From the NCBI RefSeq assembly GCF_964213995.1, contig NC_135830.1:6882001-6946000 (forward strand): DNA of 64,000 nt, written 5' to 3'. A program made the translations under genes and the position numbers. Below the pieces are notes generated by a model that was not told where the DNA came from, did no database searches, and worked only from the letters and a program-made list of their open reading frames with translations. Positions 1-12,645 of this stretch are shown in pieces (the stretch's first letter is position 1; every line of letters begins with the position of its first letter). This stretch comes from Mustelus asterias (lineage: Eukaryota).

Positions 1-395
1 CGGATTAAACTCCATCTACCATCTCTCCGCCCAAGTCTCCAACCGATCTATATGCTGCTGTATCCTCTGATGGTCCTCATCACTATCTGCATATCCACCA
101 ACCTTGGTGCCGTCCGCAAACTTACTAATTAAACCAGTTAAATTTTCCTCCGAATCATTTATATATGTTGCAAACCGCAAAGGTCCCGGCACTGATTCCT
201 GAGGAACGCCACTTGTCACAGCCCTCCATTCAGAAACACACCCTTCCACTGCTACACTCTGTCTTCTATGACCGAGCCAGTTCTGTATCCACCTTGCCAG
301 CTCACCACTGATCCCATGCGACTTCAGCTTCTGCACATGTCTGTCATGAGGGACCTACTGAATTCCACGTAGACTACATCCACTGCCCTACCCCA
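1..395 (-). mobile_element. CR1/HER1-type LINE RT fragment
   Basis: ORF 16..336 carries SGVPQES-VPGP and KFADGTK, degenerate CR1 RT motifs. Confidence 0.85.
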
Positions 396-680
396 TCCGA
401 CGAGGGCACTTAGCCTCAAAATAAGGGGGAACAGATTTAGGACTAAGTTGAGGAGGAACTTCTTCACCAATAGGGTTGTGAATCTGTGGAATTCCCTGCC
501 CAGTGAAGCAGTTGAGGCTACCTCATTGAATGTCTTCAAGGCAAAGGGAGATAGATTTTTGAACAGTAAAGGAATTAAGGGTGATGTTGAGCTGAGTCCA
601 CGTAAGGATCAGCCATGATCTTATTGAATGGCGGAGCAGGCTGGAGGGGCCAAATAGCCTCCTCCTGCTGCTATCTTCTA
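396..680 (+). mobile_element. CR1 LINE 3' end fragment
   Basis: Closely matches the 3' end of the LINE at 15073-16568 (RRNFF..RVVNLWNSLP region and gatcagccatgatcttattgaatggcgg 3'UTR). Confidence 0.8.
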
Positions 681-1815
681 TTTCAATTTCCAAAACCCAC
701 CAAAGTCACCACTGTGGCTTCTGTGAAACTTACAAGGTAACACACAGCAGGCATTCATCACGGAGAGCAACTGACACAAATCATTTACGAAACTCTATCA
801 TGTCGCTTCTCTTTCTGTTTCTGTCGCTGCCTTTCTTCCAGCTCCTTCTGGCTGTCCAGCTCCCAGGGCCAATTAGCTGCTTGATCCAAACACAGACAGT
901 TGGTGAACACGAGATTTACCTGGAAAGCAGGGAAAGCGAATGTATGACACACGGCATTGAGAGGAGATGGAGTTTAGAGATGACAGTACAAACAGACAAA
1001 GATATTTCATCATCCTGATCCAGTTACTTGATTGCAGGAATGTACGCAATGCGAATTATCCACTGTCACACCCTCCTTCCAGCCTTGAGCACGGAGTTAG
1101 GTTTTGAAGCGTTTGAAGTCTTGCCACAGTTACTCACCGTTTTGTTGAGACCACATTTGGAATAGTGTGTGCAGTTTGGATTTCTGCATTTTAGACAGAA
1201 TAAAAGCAAATACTGAGGATGCTGAAACCTGAATCAAAAGCAGAAAATGCTGGAAAACCTCAACAGCTTTAACGAGAAAGAATGGATAGCATTGAAAAAC
1301 TGCAGGGATTCTATCATTCTATGGGTTCGATAGGGTGGATGCTGAGACATTATTTTCCCTGGTACGGGAATCTAAAACACGGGGCACAATCTCAGGATAA
1401 GGCGCTGATGATTTCGGACTGAGATGAGGAAAAATTTCTTCACTCAAAGAGTAGTGAATATTGGGAATTCTCTACGCCAGGGGGCTGGAGATGCTCCATC
1501 ATTGAAAACATTGCAGTCTGGCTTGGACAGATTTATGATCTATCCAGGAATGAATGGAAGCAGGGATATGGAACTGGAACAAATGCTCAGCCACAAATTC
1601 ATGTTTCGATTGTAATTGTTAAGTTTAATGGTCGCATGTATATAATGTTGTATATAATTTGTTTGAAGTCAATCGTCATTAAGTAATGTTGCTAATACCA
1701 GATAACAGTACAGCCGGTAACAATTGAGAGCTATTTTTTATTGACGCCCACGGACCCATTGCCAACCCGCAACTGTTTACCTATGAATGCAGATGGTGAG
1801 AAAATCGTAAACTTC

Positions 1816-1889
1816 TGTCCCTGGGTGGTCTCGGACAACCAGCCTTTCAGTTAATAGCCGAACGCGCTGACCAATTGCGCCACAGAGAC
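1816..1889 (-). pseudogene. tRNA-Asn-like pseudogene (anticodon ATT)
   Basis: Reverse complement gtctctgtggcgcaattggtcagcgcgttcggctATTaactgaaagg...cccagggac; T-loop GTTC changed to GTCC. Confidence 0.8.
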
Positions 1890-2830
1890 TGTGACCAGAG
1901 ACCATAAATATATTCTAAACTAGCGTGTCAATGATCACAATTCTATTTCTGCAAAACCTGTTCCAGAACTGCTGCGTGACCGCACTGTTGACAATTCTAT
2001 ACAACTCACTTTGGTTCCGTTGATCCCGCAGCATCGCTGTAGCGTATTGGTTATTCCCTTTCTCCTATGAACGTGCAGGTAAAATGAATCCATGTCTCTT
2101 ATCACAGGGAGGAATTCATCGGGAGGGAAGGGAACTGACCACTCGTAGCCCAACGATCCAATACTTTCCACTCAATCATCAATAACACCATTCACATCTG
2201 CACCTCCTTCCAAATATTGTGATCCATTTCCCTCACGATTTGTTCCAAGATTTAATATTTTCCTTGTTTTCCCCTCATTTTGACACAAGATTCGCTTCAA
2301 TATATAACACAAATGGAATTGCAAACCTGAGGGCTAACCGTGGGAAACAAGTCTCTGGGTAACACAAATCCCATGGTGCTCACTTCCAGATTCACAACAC
2401 TCAGTTTTTCAACCACATGGAGGAATTTTTCAATGAAAAGTTATGGAAAGTTGGTGTGAATTCTGTTTGTGAATCACTCGGGTATTGTGTAAATGCGACT
2501 CGAAGGTTCAGTGAGCCGGACATGATCTATTTGCGTTTTGTTGAGCTTGTGTTCGGTTTATGGGGAGGTTTGAACGGAATTGGACCATGTGTCCCAGGAA
2601 TGGGCAGGAACCCGCTGATTGAAGCTGCAATCGCCGCTTTCTGCTGGCGATTGGAGACTGCGAGGTCAAATCCTGCTGCTTCTCCCTGTCTCACTCACTG
2701 TGGAGCCGGGGGAAAAAAATCAGCGATGGATTTGTTTCCCTGTTTGAAATGTGGCCTCGAATAACTGTTATTAACGGAGGTAACGCTGCTGCAGCCTTTA
2801 ATAATCTGACACAAATAAGCAAATCGCAGT

Positions 2831-2925
2831 GCTCCAGTGGCGCAATCGGTTCGCGCACGGTACTTATACAGTAGTACAGCCAGCAAGCTTTGCCGAAGTT
2901 GTGAGTTCGAGCCTCACCTCGAGCA
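2831..2925 (+). tRNA. tRNA-Ile(TAT) with 21-nt intron (2869-2889); some stem mismatches
   Basis: gctccagtggcgcaatcgg...ggtactTATa[intron]..tgccg...gttcgagcctcacc..gagca followed by a T-run terminator. Confidence 0.85.
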
Positions 2926-3275
2926 GTTGTTTTAGGTGAGACGATTGTCGAGTGGTGTGATCCCTCGACCAACGAATATTCTGGAAACGGCCAGGACAGC
3001 TGGTGGAGTTTGAATACAATAAGTAAGATTGGAATAAAAACCATGAATCAACATCCATTGTTGCTAAAAATCATGATTCACTAAAGTTCGTCGGGGAAGG
3101 AAATCTGCTGTTGTGAGATTGTCTGGACAACACATGACTCCAGAGCCAGAGCAAAGTGGTTGTCCCTCAACTGGGGATGGGCAATAAGAACATAAGAAAT
3201 AGGAGCAGGAGTAGGCCATCTAGCCCCTCGAGCCTGCCCCGCCATTCAATAAGATCATGGCTGATCTGACGTGGA

Positions 3276-6200
3276 TCAGTACCACTTACCCGCCTGATCC
3301 CCATAACCCTTAATTCCCTTACCGATCAGGAATCCATCCATCCGCGCTTTAAACATATTCAGCGAGGTAGCCTCCACCACCTCAGTGGGCAGAGAATTCC
3401 AGAGATTCACCACCCTCTGGGAGAAGAAGTTCCTCCTCAACTCTGTCTTAAACCGACCCCCCTTTATTTTGAGGCTGTGTCCTCTAGTTTTAACTTCCTG
3501 ACTAAGTGGAAAGAATCTCTCCGCCTCCACCCTATCCAGCCCCCGCATTATCTTATAAGTCTCCATAAGATCCCCCCTCATCCTTCTAAACTCCAACGAG
3601 TACAAACCCAATCTCCTCAGCCTCTCCTCATAATCCAAACCCCTCATCTCCGGTATCAACCTGGTGAACCTTCTCTGCACTCCCTCCGATGCCAATATAT
3701 CCTTCCTCATATAAGGGGACCAATACTGCACACAGTATTCCAGCTGCGGCCTCACCAATGCCCTGTACAGGTGCATCAAGACATCCCTGCTTTTATATTC
3801 TATCCCCCTCGCAATATAGGCCAACATCCCATTTGCCTTCTTGATCACCTGTTGTACCTGCAGACTGGGCTTTTGCGTCTCATGCATAAGGACCCCCAGG
3901 TCCCTTTGCACGGTAGCATGTTTTAATTTGTTTCCATTGAGATAGTAATCCCATTTGTTATTATTTCCTCCAAAGTGTATAACCTCGCATTTATCAACGT
4001 TATACTCCATTTGCCATATCCTCGCCCACTCATTCAGCCTGTCCAAATCTCTCTGCAGATCTTCTCCGTCCTCCACACGATTCACTTTTCCACTTATCTT
4101 TGTGTCGTCTGCAAACTTCGTTACCCTACACTCCGTCCCCTCCTCCAGATCATCTATATAAATGGTAAACAGTTGCGGCCCGAGTACCGATCCCTGCGGC
4201 ACGCCACTAGTTACCTTCCTCCAACCGGAAAAACACCCATTTATTCCGACTCTTTGCTTCCTGTCGGATAGCCAGTCCCCAATCCACTTTAACACACTAC
4301 CCCCAACTCCGTGTGCCCTAATCTTCTTCAGCAGCCTTTTATGGGGCACCATTTCAAACGCCTTTTGGAAATCCAAAAAAACCGCATCCACCGGTTCTCC
4401 TCCATCAACCGCCCTAGTCACATCTTCATAAAAATCCAACATGTTCGTCAAGCACGACTTTCCCCTCATGAATCCATGCTGCGTCTGATTGATCGAACCA
4501 TTTCTATCCAGATGCCCTGCTATCTCCTCTTTAATAATGGATTCCAGCATTTTCCCTACTACAGACGTTAAGCTGACCGGCCTATAGTTACCCGCCTTTT
4601 GTCTCCTTCCTTTTTTAAACAGCGGCGTAACATTAGCCGTTTTCCAATCAACCGGCACTACCCCAGAATGCAACGAGTTTTGATAAATAATCACTAACGC
4701 ATCCACTATTACCTCTGACATTTCTTTCAATACCCTGGGATGCATTCCATCCGGACCCGGGGACTTGTCCACCTTCAGTCCCATTAGTCTACCCAGCACT
4801 GCCTCTCTGGTAACATTAATTGTATTAAGTATTTCTCCTGCTGCCAACCCTCTATCGTTAATATTTGGCAAACTATTTGTGTCCTCCACCGTGAAGACCG
4901 ACACAAAAAACTTATTTAAAGACTCAGCCATATCCTCATTTCCCACTATTAACTCCCCCCTCTCGTCCTCCAAGGGTCCAACATTCACTCTAGCCACTCT
5001 ATTCCTTTTTATATATTTATAAAAACTTTTACTATCATTTTTTATATTAATTGCTAGCCTAGCTTCATAGTCTATCCTTCCTTTCTTTATCGCTTTCTTA
5101 GTCTCTCTTTGTTGTTTCTTAAATTTTTCCCAATCACTTGTTTCTCCACTATTTTTGGCCACTCTGTACGCAGCTGTTTTTATTTTAATACTCTCCTTTA
5201 TTTCCTTCATTATCCACGGCTGGTTCTCCCTTTTCTTATAATCCTTGTTTTTTGCTGGAATATATTTTTGCTGAGAACTGAAAAGGATCTCCTTAAAAAT
5301 CCTCCACTGTTCCTCAGCTATCCTACCTGCCAGCCTGCTCTCCCAGTCTACCTTAGCCAATTCATCCCTCATCCTATCATATTTCCCTCTGTTCAAACAG
5401 AGGACACTGGTTTGGGACCAAACTTTCTCCTCTTCCATCTGAATCAGAAATTCGACCATATTGTGGTCACTAGACCCAAGAGGGTCCTTCACAATAAGAT
5501 CGTTAATTCTACCTACCTCGTTACACAATACCAGATCCAAAATAGCTCGTTCCCTCGTCGGTTCCGTAACATGCTGTTCAAGGAAACTATCCCGACAGCA
5601 TTCTAAGAACTCTTCCTCCATTCCACCCTTACCGACTTGGGTCTGCCAGTCAATGTGCATGTTGAAGTCCCCCATGATTATTGCCGTTCCGTTTTTACAC
5701 GCATCCCTTATCTGCTTGTTTATAGCCCTCCCTCCCTCAACATTATTATTTGGGGGCCTATATACCACACCTACTAGTGTCTTTCTCCCTCTACTATTCC
5801 TCATCTCTACCCATAATGATTCCACGTTTTGTTCTTCAGAGCCTATGTCATCCCTCAGTACTACCCTGATATTATCTCTTATTAATAGCGCGACCCCACC
5901 ACCTTTTCCTTCCTGTCTATTCTTCCTAAACGCCTGATACCCCTGGATATTCATCTCCCAGTCCTGGTCACCTTTCAGCCACGTTTCTGTAATGGCCACT
6001 AGATCGTACCCACTTGTGCTGATTTGCACCATCAACTCATTTACCTTGTTCCGAATGCTTCGTGCATTCAGGCAAAGTGTCCTTATTCCAGCTTTTATCT
6101 GGACCCGCTTTGATGAGTCGCGAACACCCTCTCCCTCTACTCCCTTATCTAAATTACCGCCTTCATTCACTTGCACCCTCTCCTCTCCCATTAATTTTGT

Positions 6201-6281
6201 AATTCCCCTTACCCCTGCATCCTCCCCCCCATCAATTAGTTCCTTGATCCTAGTCAACTCTTCTAGCTCCCCTCCCCCCAA
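3276..6281 (-). CDS. LINE ORF2: APE endonuclease + reverse transcriptase (1001 aa)
   Basis: NARS, ITETW, GDFN, SDH endonuclease motifs; SGVPQGSVLGP and FADD RT motifs; uninterrupted. Confidence 0.95.
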   Translation of the reverse strand: MGGGELEELTRIKELIDGGEDAGVRGITKLMGEERVQVNEGGNLDKGVEGEGVRDSSKRVQIKAGIRTLCLNARSIRNKVNELMVQISTSGYDLVAITETWLKGDQDWEMNIQGYQAFRKNRQEGKGGGVALLIRDNIRVVLRDDIGSEEQNVESLWVEMRNSRGRKTLVGVVYRPPNNNVEGGRAINKQIRDACKNGTAIIMGDFNMHIDWQTQVGKGGMEEEFLECCRDSFLEQHVTEPTRERAILDLVLCNEVGRINDLIVKDPLGSSDHNMVEFLIQMEEEKVWSQTSVLCLNRGKYDRMRDELAKVDWESRLAGRIAEEQWRIFKEILFSSQQKYIPAKNKDYKKRENQPWIMKEIKESIKIKTAAYRVAKNSGETSDWEKFKKQQRETKKAIKKGRIDYEARLAINIKNDSKSFYKYIKRNRVARVNVGPLEDERGELIVGNEDMAESLNKFFVSVFTVEDTNSLPNINDRGLAAGEILNTINVTREAVLGRLMGLKVDKSPGPDGMHPRVLKEMSEVIVDALVIIYQNSLHSGVVPVDWKTANVTPLFKKGRRQKAGNYRPVSLTSVVGKMLESIIKEEIAGHLDRNGSINQTQHGFMRGKSCLTNMLDFYEDVTRAVDGGEPVDAVFLDFQKAFEMVPHKRLLKKIRAHGVGGSVLKWIGDWLSDRKQRVGINGCFSGWRKVTSGVPQGSVLGPQLFTIYIDDLEEGTECRVTKFADDTKISGKVNRVEDGEDLQRDLDRLNEWARIWQMEYNVDKCEVIHFGGNNNKWDYYLNGNKLKHATVQRDLGVLMHETQKPSLQVQQVIKKANGMLAYIARGIEYKSRDVLMHLYRALVRPQLEYCVQYWSPYMRKDILASEGVQRRFTRLIPEMRGLDYEERLRRLGLYSLEFRRMRGDLMETYKIMRGLDRVEAERFFPLSQEVKTRGHSLKIKGGRFKTELRRNFFSQRVVNLWNSLPTEVVEATSLNMFKARMDGFLIGKGIKGYGDQAGKWY

Positions 6282-6286
6282 CCTAT

Positions 6287-6872
6287 CTAGTTTAAATTCT
6301 CCCCAGTAGCCTTAGCCAACCTACCGGCCAGGATATTGGTCCCCGTGTGATTCAAGTTCCACCCGTTTTTTGTATACAGATCACCCCTGCCCCTAAAGAG
6401 GTCCCAATGGTCCAGGAACCTGAATCCCTGCCCCCTGCACCACTCCCTCAGCCACACATTCATCCTCCACCTCACTCCATTCCTGCCCTCACCTTCCCGT
6501 GGCACAGGCAGTAATCCTGAGATTACTACCTTTGCTTTCCTCTTTCTCAGCTGTCTCCCTAATTCCCTGTACTCCCTTTTCATGACCCCTTCTCCCTTCC
6601 TACCCACATCAGCGGTACCAATATGTACCGCTACCTCAGGCTCCTCTCCCTCCCACCTCAGGATTTCCGGGACGCGACTAGCGACATCCTGGATCCCGGC
6701 CCCAGGGAGGCAGACCACCATGCGAGAATCCCGCCTACTTCAGCAAAAACGCCTGGCTGTCCCCTTCACCATCGAGTCCCCGATTAATACCGCCTTCCTC
6801 CTCTTTTCCTTCGCCCTCTGAGTTACAGGGCTGGACTCCACTGCGGAGACACGGCCACTGCTGCTTCCCCCA
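6287..6872 (-). CDS. LINE ORF1 C-terminal part, SGNH/GDSL esterase-like
   Basis: VCLPGA, VHIGT, ISGLLP, FLDHW, LNHTG motifs typical of CR1 ORF1 esterase; abuts ORF2. Confidence 0.8.
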
Positions 6873-7522
6873 GGCAATAAATGTTGATCAGCGGTGCTTC
6901 AGTTCAACGAACGAAAGGAAGATCCGGAATGTGCAGGTTTGAGAGAAGCTTTCTGAACCGTCAGAGCTGGAAACGGGAGTCAGTGAAAAATATTGCGTTT
7001 GTGTGTGCACAGATGGATAGGGAAATGTAACATGCAGTGTAAAATACTCTGTTGAGTTAATTTTCAGCAATAAATCCTCACTCTGAGTTTAAAACAACGT
7101 ACAGGTGCATCTGCAGTCGCGCCTTTCTGCTGTCAGCGGGTGATTGGAGAGTGCGGGTTAAAATCCTGCTGATTGTCCCTGTCTCTCTCAATGTGGAGCC
7201 GGAGAAGAGAGAATCATTGTTGGGTTTGTTCCCCCATCTGAAACGTGGCTTCGCGTGACTGTTATTCACGGAAGTGGTGCTGCAGGAGCCTTTAATAATC
7301 ACAAACAAATCAACAGCAATCAGCCGGACTGTGCAGGTTTGAGGGAAGCTTTCTGAACATTCAGAGTTGGAAAGGAGAGTCTGCGAAAAATGTTCTGTCG
7401 GGTTTGAATACGGAACTGTGAAGGGGAAGGGGAAGTGTAACACAGTATAAGATACAGTGTTCAGTTAATATTCAGCAATAAACGTGAATTATTGCACGTT
7501 TCCTCACTCTGTGGTTAAACGT

Positions 7523-7591
7523 ATACTTCCGCCCACTTTCCCACAGGGATCTTTGATTCGGTGAATGTGGTAATCACTCCATGACAGAAAC
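7523..7591 (-). pseudogene. Highly degenerate tRNA-Val remnant
   Basis: Reverse complement starts gtttctgt...; paralogous to 28855-28915. Confidence 0.4.
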
Positions 7592-7609
7592 GATGCGTTC
7601 CCTCCACTC

Positions 7610-9165
7610 TGGGAGCCTTGGATGAAACTGTATCAGAGGTCATCATTGCAGATGTCGGAGCAGCTTTCTCGAAGTTCAACCCACGGAAAGCGACTGTCCC
7701 GGATGGGATACCCAGACGTGAACTCAGATCCTGCGTGGATCAGCTGGCGGGGGTATTCGCAGACATCTTCAACCTCTCTTTACCTCTGCTGCAAGAAGAC
7801 AACCATCATCCCAGTACCAAAGAAAATCCAAGCAGAGTGCCTTAATGAATACCGTCTGGTGGCTCTGACATCCATCATTATAAAGTGCTTCGAGAGGCTA
7901 GTCATAGCACGAATCAATTCCAGCCTCCAGGACTGCCTGGATCCACTACAGTTCGTCTACCGCCGCAACAGGTCCACAGCAGACACCATCTCCCTGGCCC
8001 TGCACTCAACCCTGGCACACCTAGATAACAAAGACGCCTGTGTCAGACACCTATTTATTGACTACAGCTCAGCCTTATTCCGACGAAACTCATCTCCAAA
8101 CTCCATGGCCTGGACCTCCGCTCCGCGACTGGATCCTCAACTTCCTAACCCACAGCACACAATCAGTAAGGAAAGGCAACAGCACCTCCTCCACGGTCAT
8201 CCTCAACACCGGTGCCCCACCAGGTTGTGTTCTCAGCCCCCTACTACAGTCCTGATATATCCATGACTGTGTGGCCAAATCCCCCTCCAAATCGATTTTC
8301 AAGTTTGCTGGCGACACCACCGCAGGGGGCCTGATCTCAAATAATGACGAGACAGAGTACAAGAATGAGATAGAGAATCTGATGAAATTGGCGCGGCGAC
8401 AATAATCATCATAGAAACCCTACAGCACAGAAAGAGGCCATTCGGCCCATCGAGTCTGCACCGACCACAATCCCACCCAGGCCCTATCCCCCATATCCCT
8501 ACATATTTACCCACTAATCCCTCTAACCTACGCATCCCAGGACACTAAGGGGCAATTTTAGCATGGCCAATCAACCTAATCTGCACATCTTTGGAAGGAA
8601 ACCGGAGCACCCGGAGGAAACCCACGCAGACACGAGGAGAATGTGCAAACTCCACACAGACAGTGACCCAAGCCGGGAATCGAACCCAGGTCCCTGGAGC
8701 TGTGAAGCAGCAATGCTAACCACTGTGCTACCGTGCCGCGAATAATCTCTCCCTCAATGTCAACAAAACGAATGAGATTGTCATCGACCTCAGGAAGCGC
8801 AGAGGAGAAATTGCCCCTGTCTACATCAACGGCGACGAAGTAGAAAGGGTCGAGAGCTTCAAGTTTTTAGGTCTCCAGATCACCAACAACCTGTCCTGGT
8901 CGCCCCATGCTGACACTATAGTGAAGAAAGCCAACCAACAATACTTTCTCAGAAGACCAAGGAAATTTGACATGTCGGCTACGACTCTCACCTACGTTTG
9001 CACATGCACCATAGAAAGCATTCTTTCTGGTTGTATCACATCTTGGTATGGCTCCTGCTCTTCCCAGGACCGCAAGGAACTACAAAGGGTCGTGAACGTA
9101 GCTCAGTTCATCACGCAACCTTGCCTCCCATCCATTGGCTCGGTCTACACTTCCCGCTGCTTGAA
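7610..9165 (+). mobile_element. Rex1/Babar-type LINE RT fragment (frameshifted), interrupted by a SINE
   Basis: [64 protein letters not shown]. Confidence 0.85.
8408..8740 (-). mobile_element. HE1-type V-SINE with TSD AATAATC
   Basis: tRNA-like head ggcacggtagcacagtggttagc, V domain, CR1-like tail; TSD 8401-8407 and 8741-8747. Confidence 0.9.
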
Positions 9166-10162
9166 AGTTCCCAGATTGTATTTCGTTGTTGAATATGAAC
9201 TGAATATGGATCCAACAAAATACTAATTTGTTTTTTTTAACCATTTATTGGAAAGAAAATGCGCTCAGTAAAATCGCCACAGTCATATTTCTGTTTTCAC
9301 TCTCTCACTCACGGTGCAGTTGATGCCGGTCAGATGGATGAGCCATGGTAAATGTGTGAGGGTAAGTGGGTTAGGATGGCGACAAGTGTCTCGGTCAGGC
9401 ACTCTGGACCTACATTCTCTGAGTCAGGTGTCAGCCATTTATGACTGAGGTAAGGAGACATTTCTTCTCCCAAAGGCTTGTGTATCTTTAGAATTCTGCA
9501 GCTGCCCAGAGGTGCGTGGATCCTCAGTCGATGAGAATATTGAAGGTTGAGTTGGAGTGATTTTGGAATCGAAGGGAATGAAGACCTATTGGGATAAGCT
9601 GGGAAATTGGGGTTGAGGTTGCGGATCTGCCTTCTTTTTGTCGTGGAGGAGGCTCAATGGGACATGTAGTCCAGTTTTCATTCATTGATTCTGTTCACTG
9701 TCAATATCAGTTCCGGTACCAATGGATTCTGCTGACAGCATTGAAGTCTCAGGTCCTGAATTCAAGGTAGTCGCGTTCCTTAAAGCGCGTGATCGAAGCC
9801 CATCACTGCTAAATGTTCAATTAATTAACTTCATGGAGTAACTTTGATTTGATTTATTATTGTCACATGCATTAACATACAGCGGAAAGTATTTTTCTTG
9901 CGCGCTACACAGCCAAAGCATATCATTCATCGAGAAGGAAACGAGAGAGTGCAGAATGTACTGTTACAGTCATAGTTTGGGTGTAGAGAACGATCAATTT
10001 AATGCAAGGTAGGTCGTGCATGTTATCACACGAATTCTACGCAGTAGAATGTATTGTTCAACATTTTAACAGGAGTTACCAGCAGACACAATACAAATAT
10101 AAATTGCTGTCGGTAATTGACGTGTTTGTGGAGCCAGTTTCCTGACATCATTGCATCGCAGC

Positions 10163-10235
10163 GTTTCTGTAGTGTGGTACTTATCACGGTCGCCGTACAC
10201 ATGCAAATTTCCTGGTTCAATCCTGAGCAGAAACT
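10163..10235 (+). pseudogene. tRNA-Val(TAC)-like pseudogene
   Basis: gtttctgtagtgtggt..ttatcacg..cgccgTACac...ggttcaatcc...gaaac. Confidence 0.65.
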
Positions 10236-10244
10236 TATTAAACA

Positions 10245-10440
10245 GGAATAGAAAATGGTGGAAAATCTCAGCAGGATTGACAGCCTCTGTGAGGAAACAA
10301 ATGTTTCAAATCTGGATGACCCTTCATCAGATTTCCTGATTCGACACACTGGCTCTGTTCTCTCTTCACAGCTGCTGCCAGACCTGCTGAGATTTTCAAG
10401 TACTTTTTTTTGTGTTTCAGGTTCCAGCCTGAGCAATATT
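10245..10440. repeat. Inverted pair of Penelope-like terminal-repeat fragments
   Basis: gaaaatctcagcagg...ccttcatcaga and its inverse cctgctgagattttc; decayed hammerhead core; same family at about 1200, 11450, 11700, 21100, 22030, 40220 and 58640. Confidence 0.6.
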
Positions 10441-11242
10441 TCACCTTTCCAGAAACATTTCCAAATGTTTTCAATTTCAGAGTAATTCAGCTTTCAGAAA
10501 TAATCACGCATTTGCCACGAAACATTAACTGACCTGCCGAGTATTTCCAACATTTTCTGATGGTAACGCCATGAATCAACCTGTGAAAAGAACAAAACGG
10601 ATGTTCTGTGATATAAAGCAAGGGAGGATGATTCAATGAAACAAGGAGTGATGGATAAGGCAAGATTTAGCTGGTGATGGTGGAGGCCAGGTGGTCAAGT
10701 CGTTCAGAGTCAATGCTTTCACCGCCAAGGCCCGGGATTGATGATAAACTGTCAACTAAACAGAACATTTTACTGAGCGTCTAATCAGTTTCTGGAGGTG
10801 AAAGTATCTGAAAGCAAAGGAAGAGAATATCATTTGCTGCAGAAGGTAGAATGACTGTGTGACGATGTCTGTAGCAACAGTGACCTGGAATGAAGCAATG
10901 GAGACAGTAATGATGAACAATGAGATACAAATCTCTGATGTTGTTCAGCAGATTTACCACAAGAAGCCACAGAAGACGCAGAAGTTACGAATGATCTATG
11001 AATGTGGTGAACAACAGTGAAATTTAGTGGAGCAGAATGCATTATTATTCATTTTGACAGGAGGAAGCAGCAAGGGGAATGTCATGAAAAATTGCCGGGG
11101 ACAATTGACGGGATTGTGCAAATGGGTTTATTTTGTTTCTCCACGGAGCTCAAACTGGCACAATGATCATTCCTGTTATCGATCAGGAAGTAATTTCAGC
11201 CCCTCCTAAATCATGCGCTGGTCGGCAGCTATAAAGTACACA

Positions 11243-11314
11243 TTCCCCGACCGGGAATCGAACCCGGGTCGCGGCGGTGAAAGCGCCAAATCCTAACCAC
11301 TAGACCACCAGGGA
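11243..11314 (-). tRNA. tRNA-Glu(TTC), likely functional
   Basis: Reverse complement tccctggtggtctagtggttaggatttggcgctTTCaccgccgcgacccgggttcgattcccggtcggggaa. Confidence 0.9.
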
Positions 11315-11767
11315 AGATGCGAGCAAACGTTTTAATCTGACCGATACATTTCAGCGTTTTTCAAATACTCGAGAAAGGTTTGGGGGGAAAAAAAACCTCA
11401 TGTTTAGATCGAACACGAATGACTCCTTCAGTCAACAGCAAATTACTGTAGATTCTGGAACTTAAAAGAAAAACTTAAAATGCTCGAAAATCTCAACAGA
11501 CATGACGGCATCTTTGGAGAGAGAATAGAGCCAACATTTCAAATCTGTATGGTCAGTCATCAAAGCTGAAGACAGGAAAAGAGGACGAGATTGATACTTT
11601 AAGTGTGAGAGATGCGGGGGGTGAGGGTGGGAGCCGTGGGTAAGAGTTGACAAAGTTGTGATGGAAAAAAAAAATCAAAGGGAATGTAAATGGTGGCGGT
11701 AAAAGCAAAATACTGCGGATGCTGGAATCTGGAACAAAAACAGGCAATGCTAGAACATCTGAGCAGT

Positions 11768-12088
11768 GGCGGCACGGTCGTACAGTGGTTGGCACTGCTG
11801 CTTCACAGCGCCAGGGACCTGGGTTCGATTCCCGGCTTGGGTCACTGTATGTGTGGAATTTGCGCGCTCTCCTCGTGTCTGCGTGGGTTTCCCCCGGGTG
11901 CTCCCGTTTCCTCCCACAGTCCAAAGATGTGCGAGTTAGGTTAGTGTCATGGGATACGTAGGCGAGAGGGATTAGTGGGCAAATATGTAGGGATAATGGG
12001 GGTAGGGCCTGGGTGTGATTGTGGTCGGTGAAGACTTGATGGGCCGACTGGCCTCTTTCTGCACTGTCGGGTTTCTAAGATTTCTATA
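11768..12088 (+). mobile_element. HE1-type V-SINE
   Basis: Same head, V domain and tail as 8408-8740. Confidence 0.9.
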
Positions 12089-12576
12089 GAGAGCGATGTT
12101 TTTGGAATCTAAGAGAATGAAGAGCCATCAGGATACGTTTGGAAATTGATGTTGATTCCTGGGATTCGTCATGATCTCCTTAAATTGTGGAGGAGACTCC
12201 ATGGGACATGGGAGCCAATCCTACTCCATTAATTCCGTTCCCTGCAGCACCAGATCTGATAGGGATCACCTCTGTTAAAAGGGTTGGTGAGTGTTCTGAG
12301 GCATTGAATTCGAGGCAGCAGCATTTGTGGGGGAAAGTGATCAAATGCCGCAAATTTCAGGTGTTCAGTTGATTTGCTTTAAACGTCATGAATACTTTTT
12401 CTCCAACATGTTATTACGAAACTTTAATGCAGTAGGAAGTATCAGGATTCAATCTGACAGGAAAAATCAGCAGAGACAATGTAATATCAATTGCTGTGGG
12501 CAAAAGATGGGCTTCTGGAGCCAGTCTAGTTGTTTCTCCAGTAAACCGGATCTGCTTGCCTTGAGGTCATCACCAT

Positions 12577-12645
12577 GTTTCTGTAGTTCGGTGGTTATCA
12601 CAAGAGCCAGGTTAATTCTGAAAATATCTGGTTCGAACGAGGAAT
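12577..12645 (+). pseudogene. Degenerate tRNA-Val remnant
   Basis: gtttctgtagt.cggtggttatcac...ggttcgaac. Confidence 0.45.

Larger units (their letters stand above)
3188..6872 (-). mobile_element. Young CR1-clade LINE, 5'-truncated within ORF1, 8-bp TSD GGCAATAA
   Basis: Intact ORF2, partial ORF1, short TTCTTATG-type tail, TSD at 3180-3187 and 6873-6880; absent from paralogue near 24480. Confidence 0.95.
685..7600 (+). repeat. Segmental duplication copy A (paralogue of 21505-28915), interrupted by LINE 3188-6872
   Basis: Collinear similarity from tttccaaaacccacca through the Asn and Ile tRNAs to the Val-like remnant. Confidence 0.9.

Noticed and set aside
800-1018. Signal-peptide-like small ORF, also in duplicate at 21500-21817
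   Set aside because: Hydrophobicity derives from CT-rich sequence; ORF ends differ between duplicates; no domain recognised
3477-6309. Numerous + strand ORFs
   Set aside because: Antisense shadows of LINE ORF2
8640-8740. SINE heads as tRNA genes (also 11768, 24000, 34578, 42950)
   Set aside because: Continuous with V-SINE body and LINE-derived tail
10686-10740. Further tRNA-like scraps (also 12655-12716, 14805-14835, 57627-57655)
   Set aside because: Too degenerate or short to call confidently
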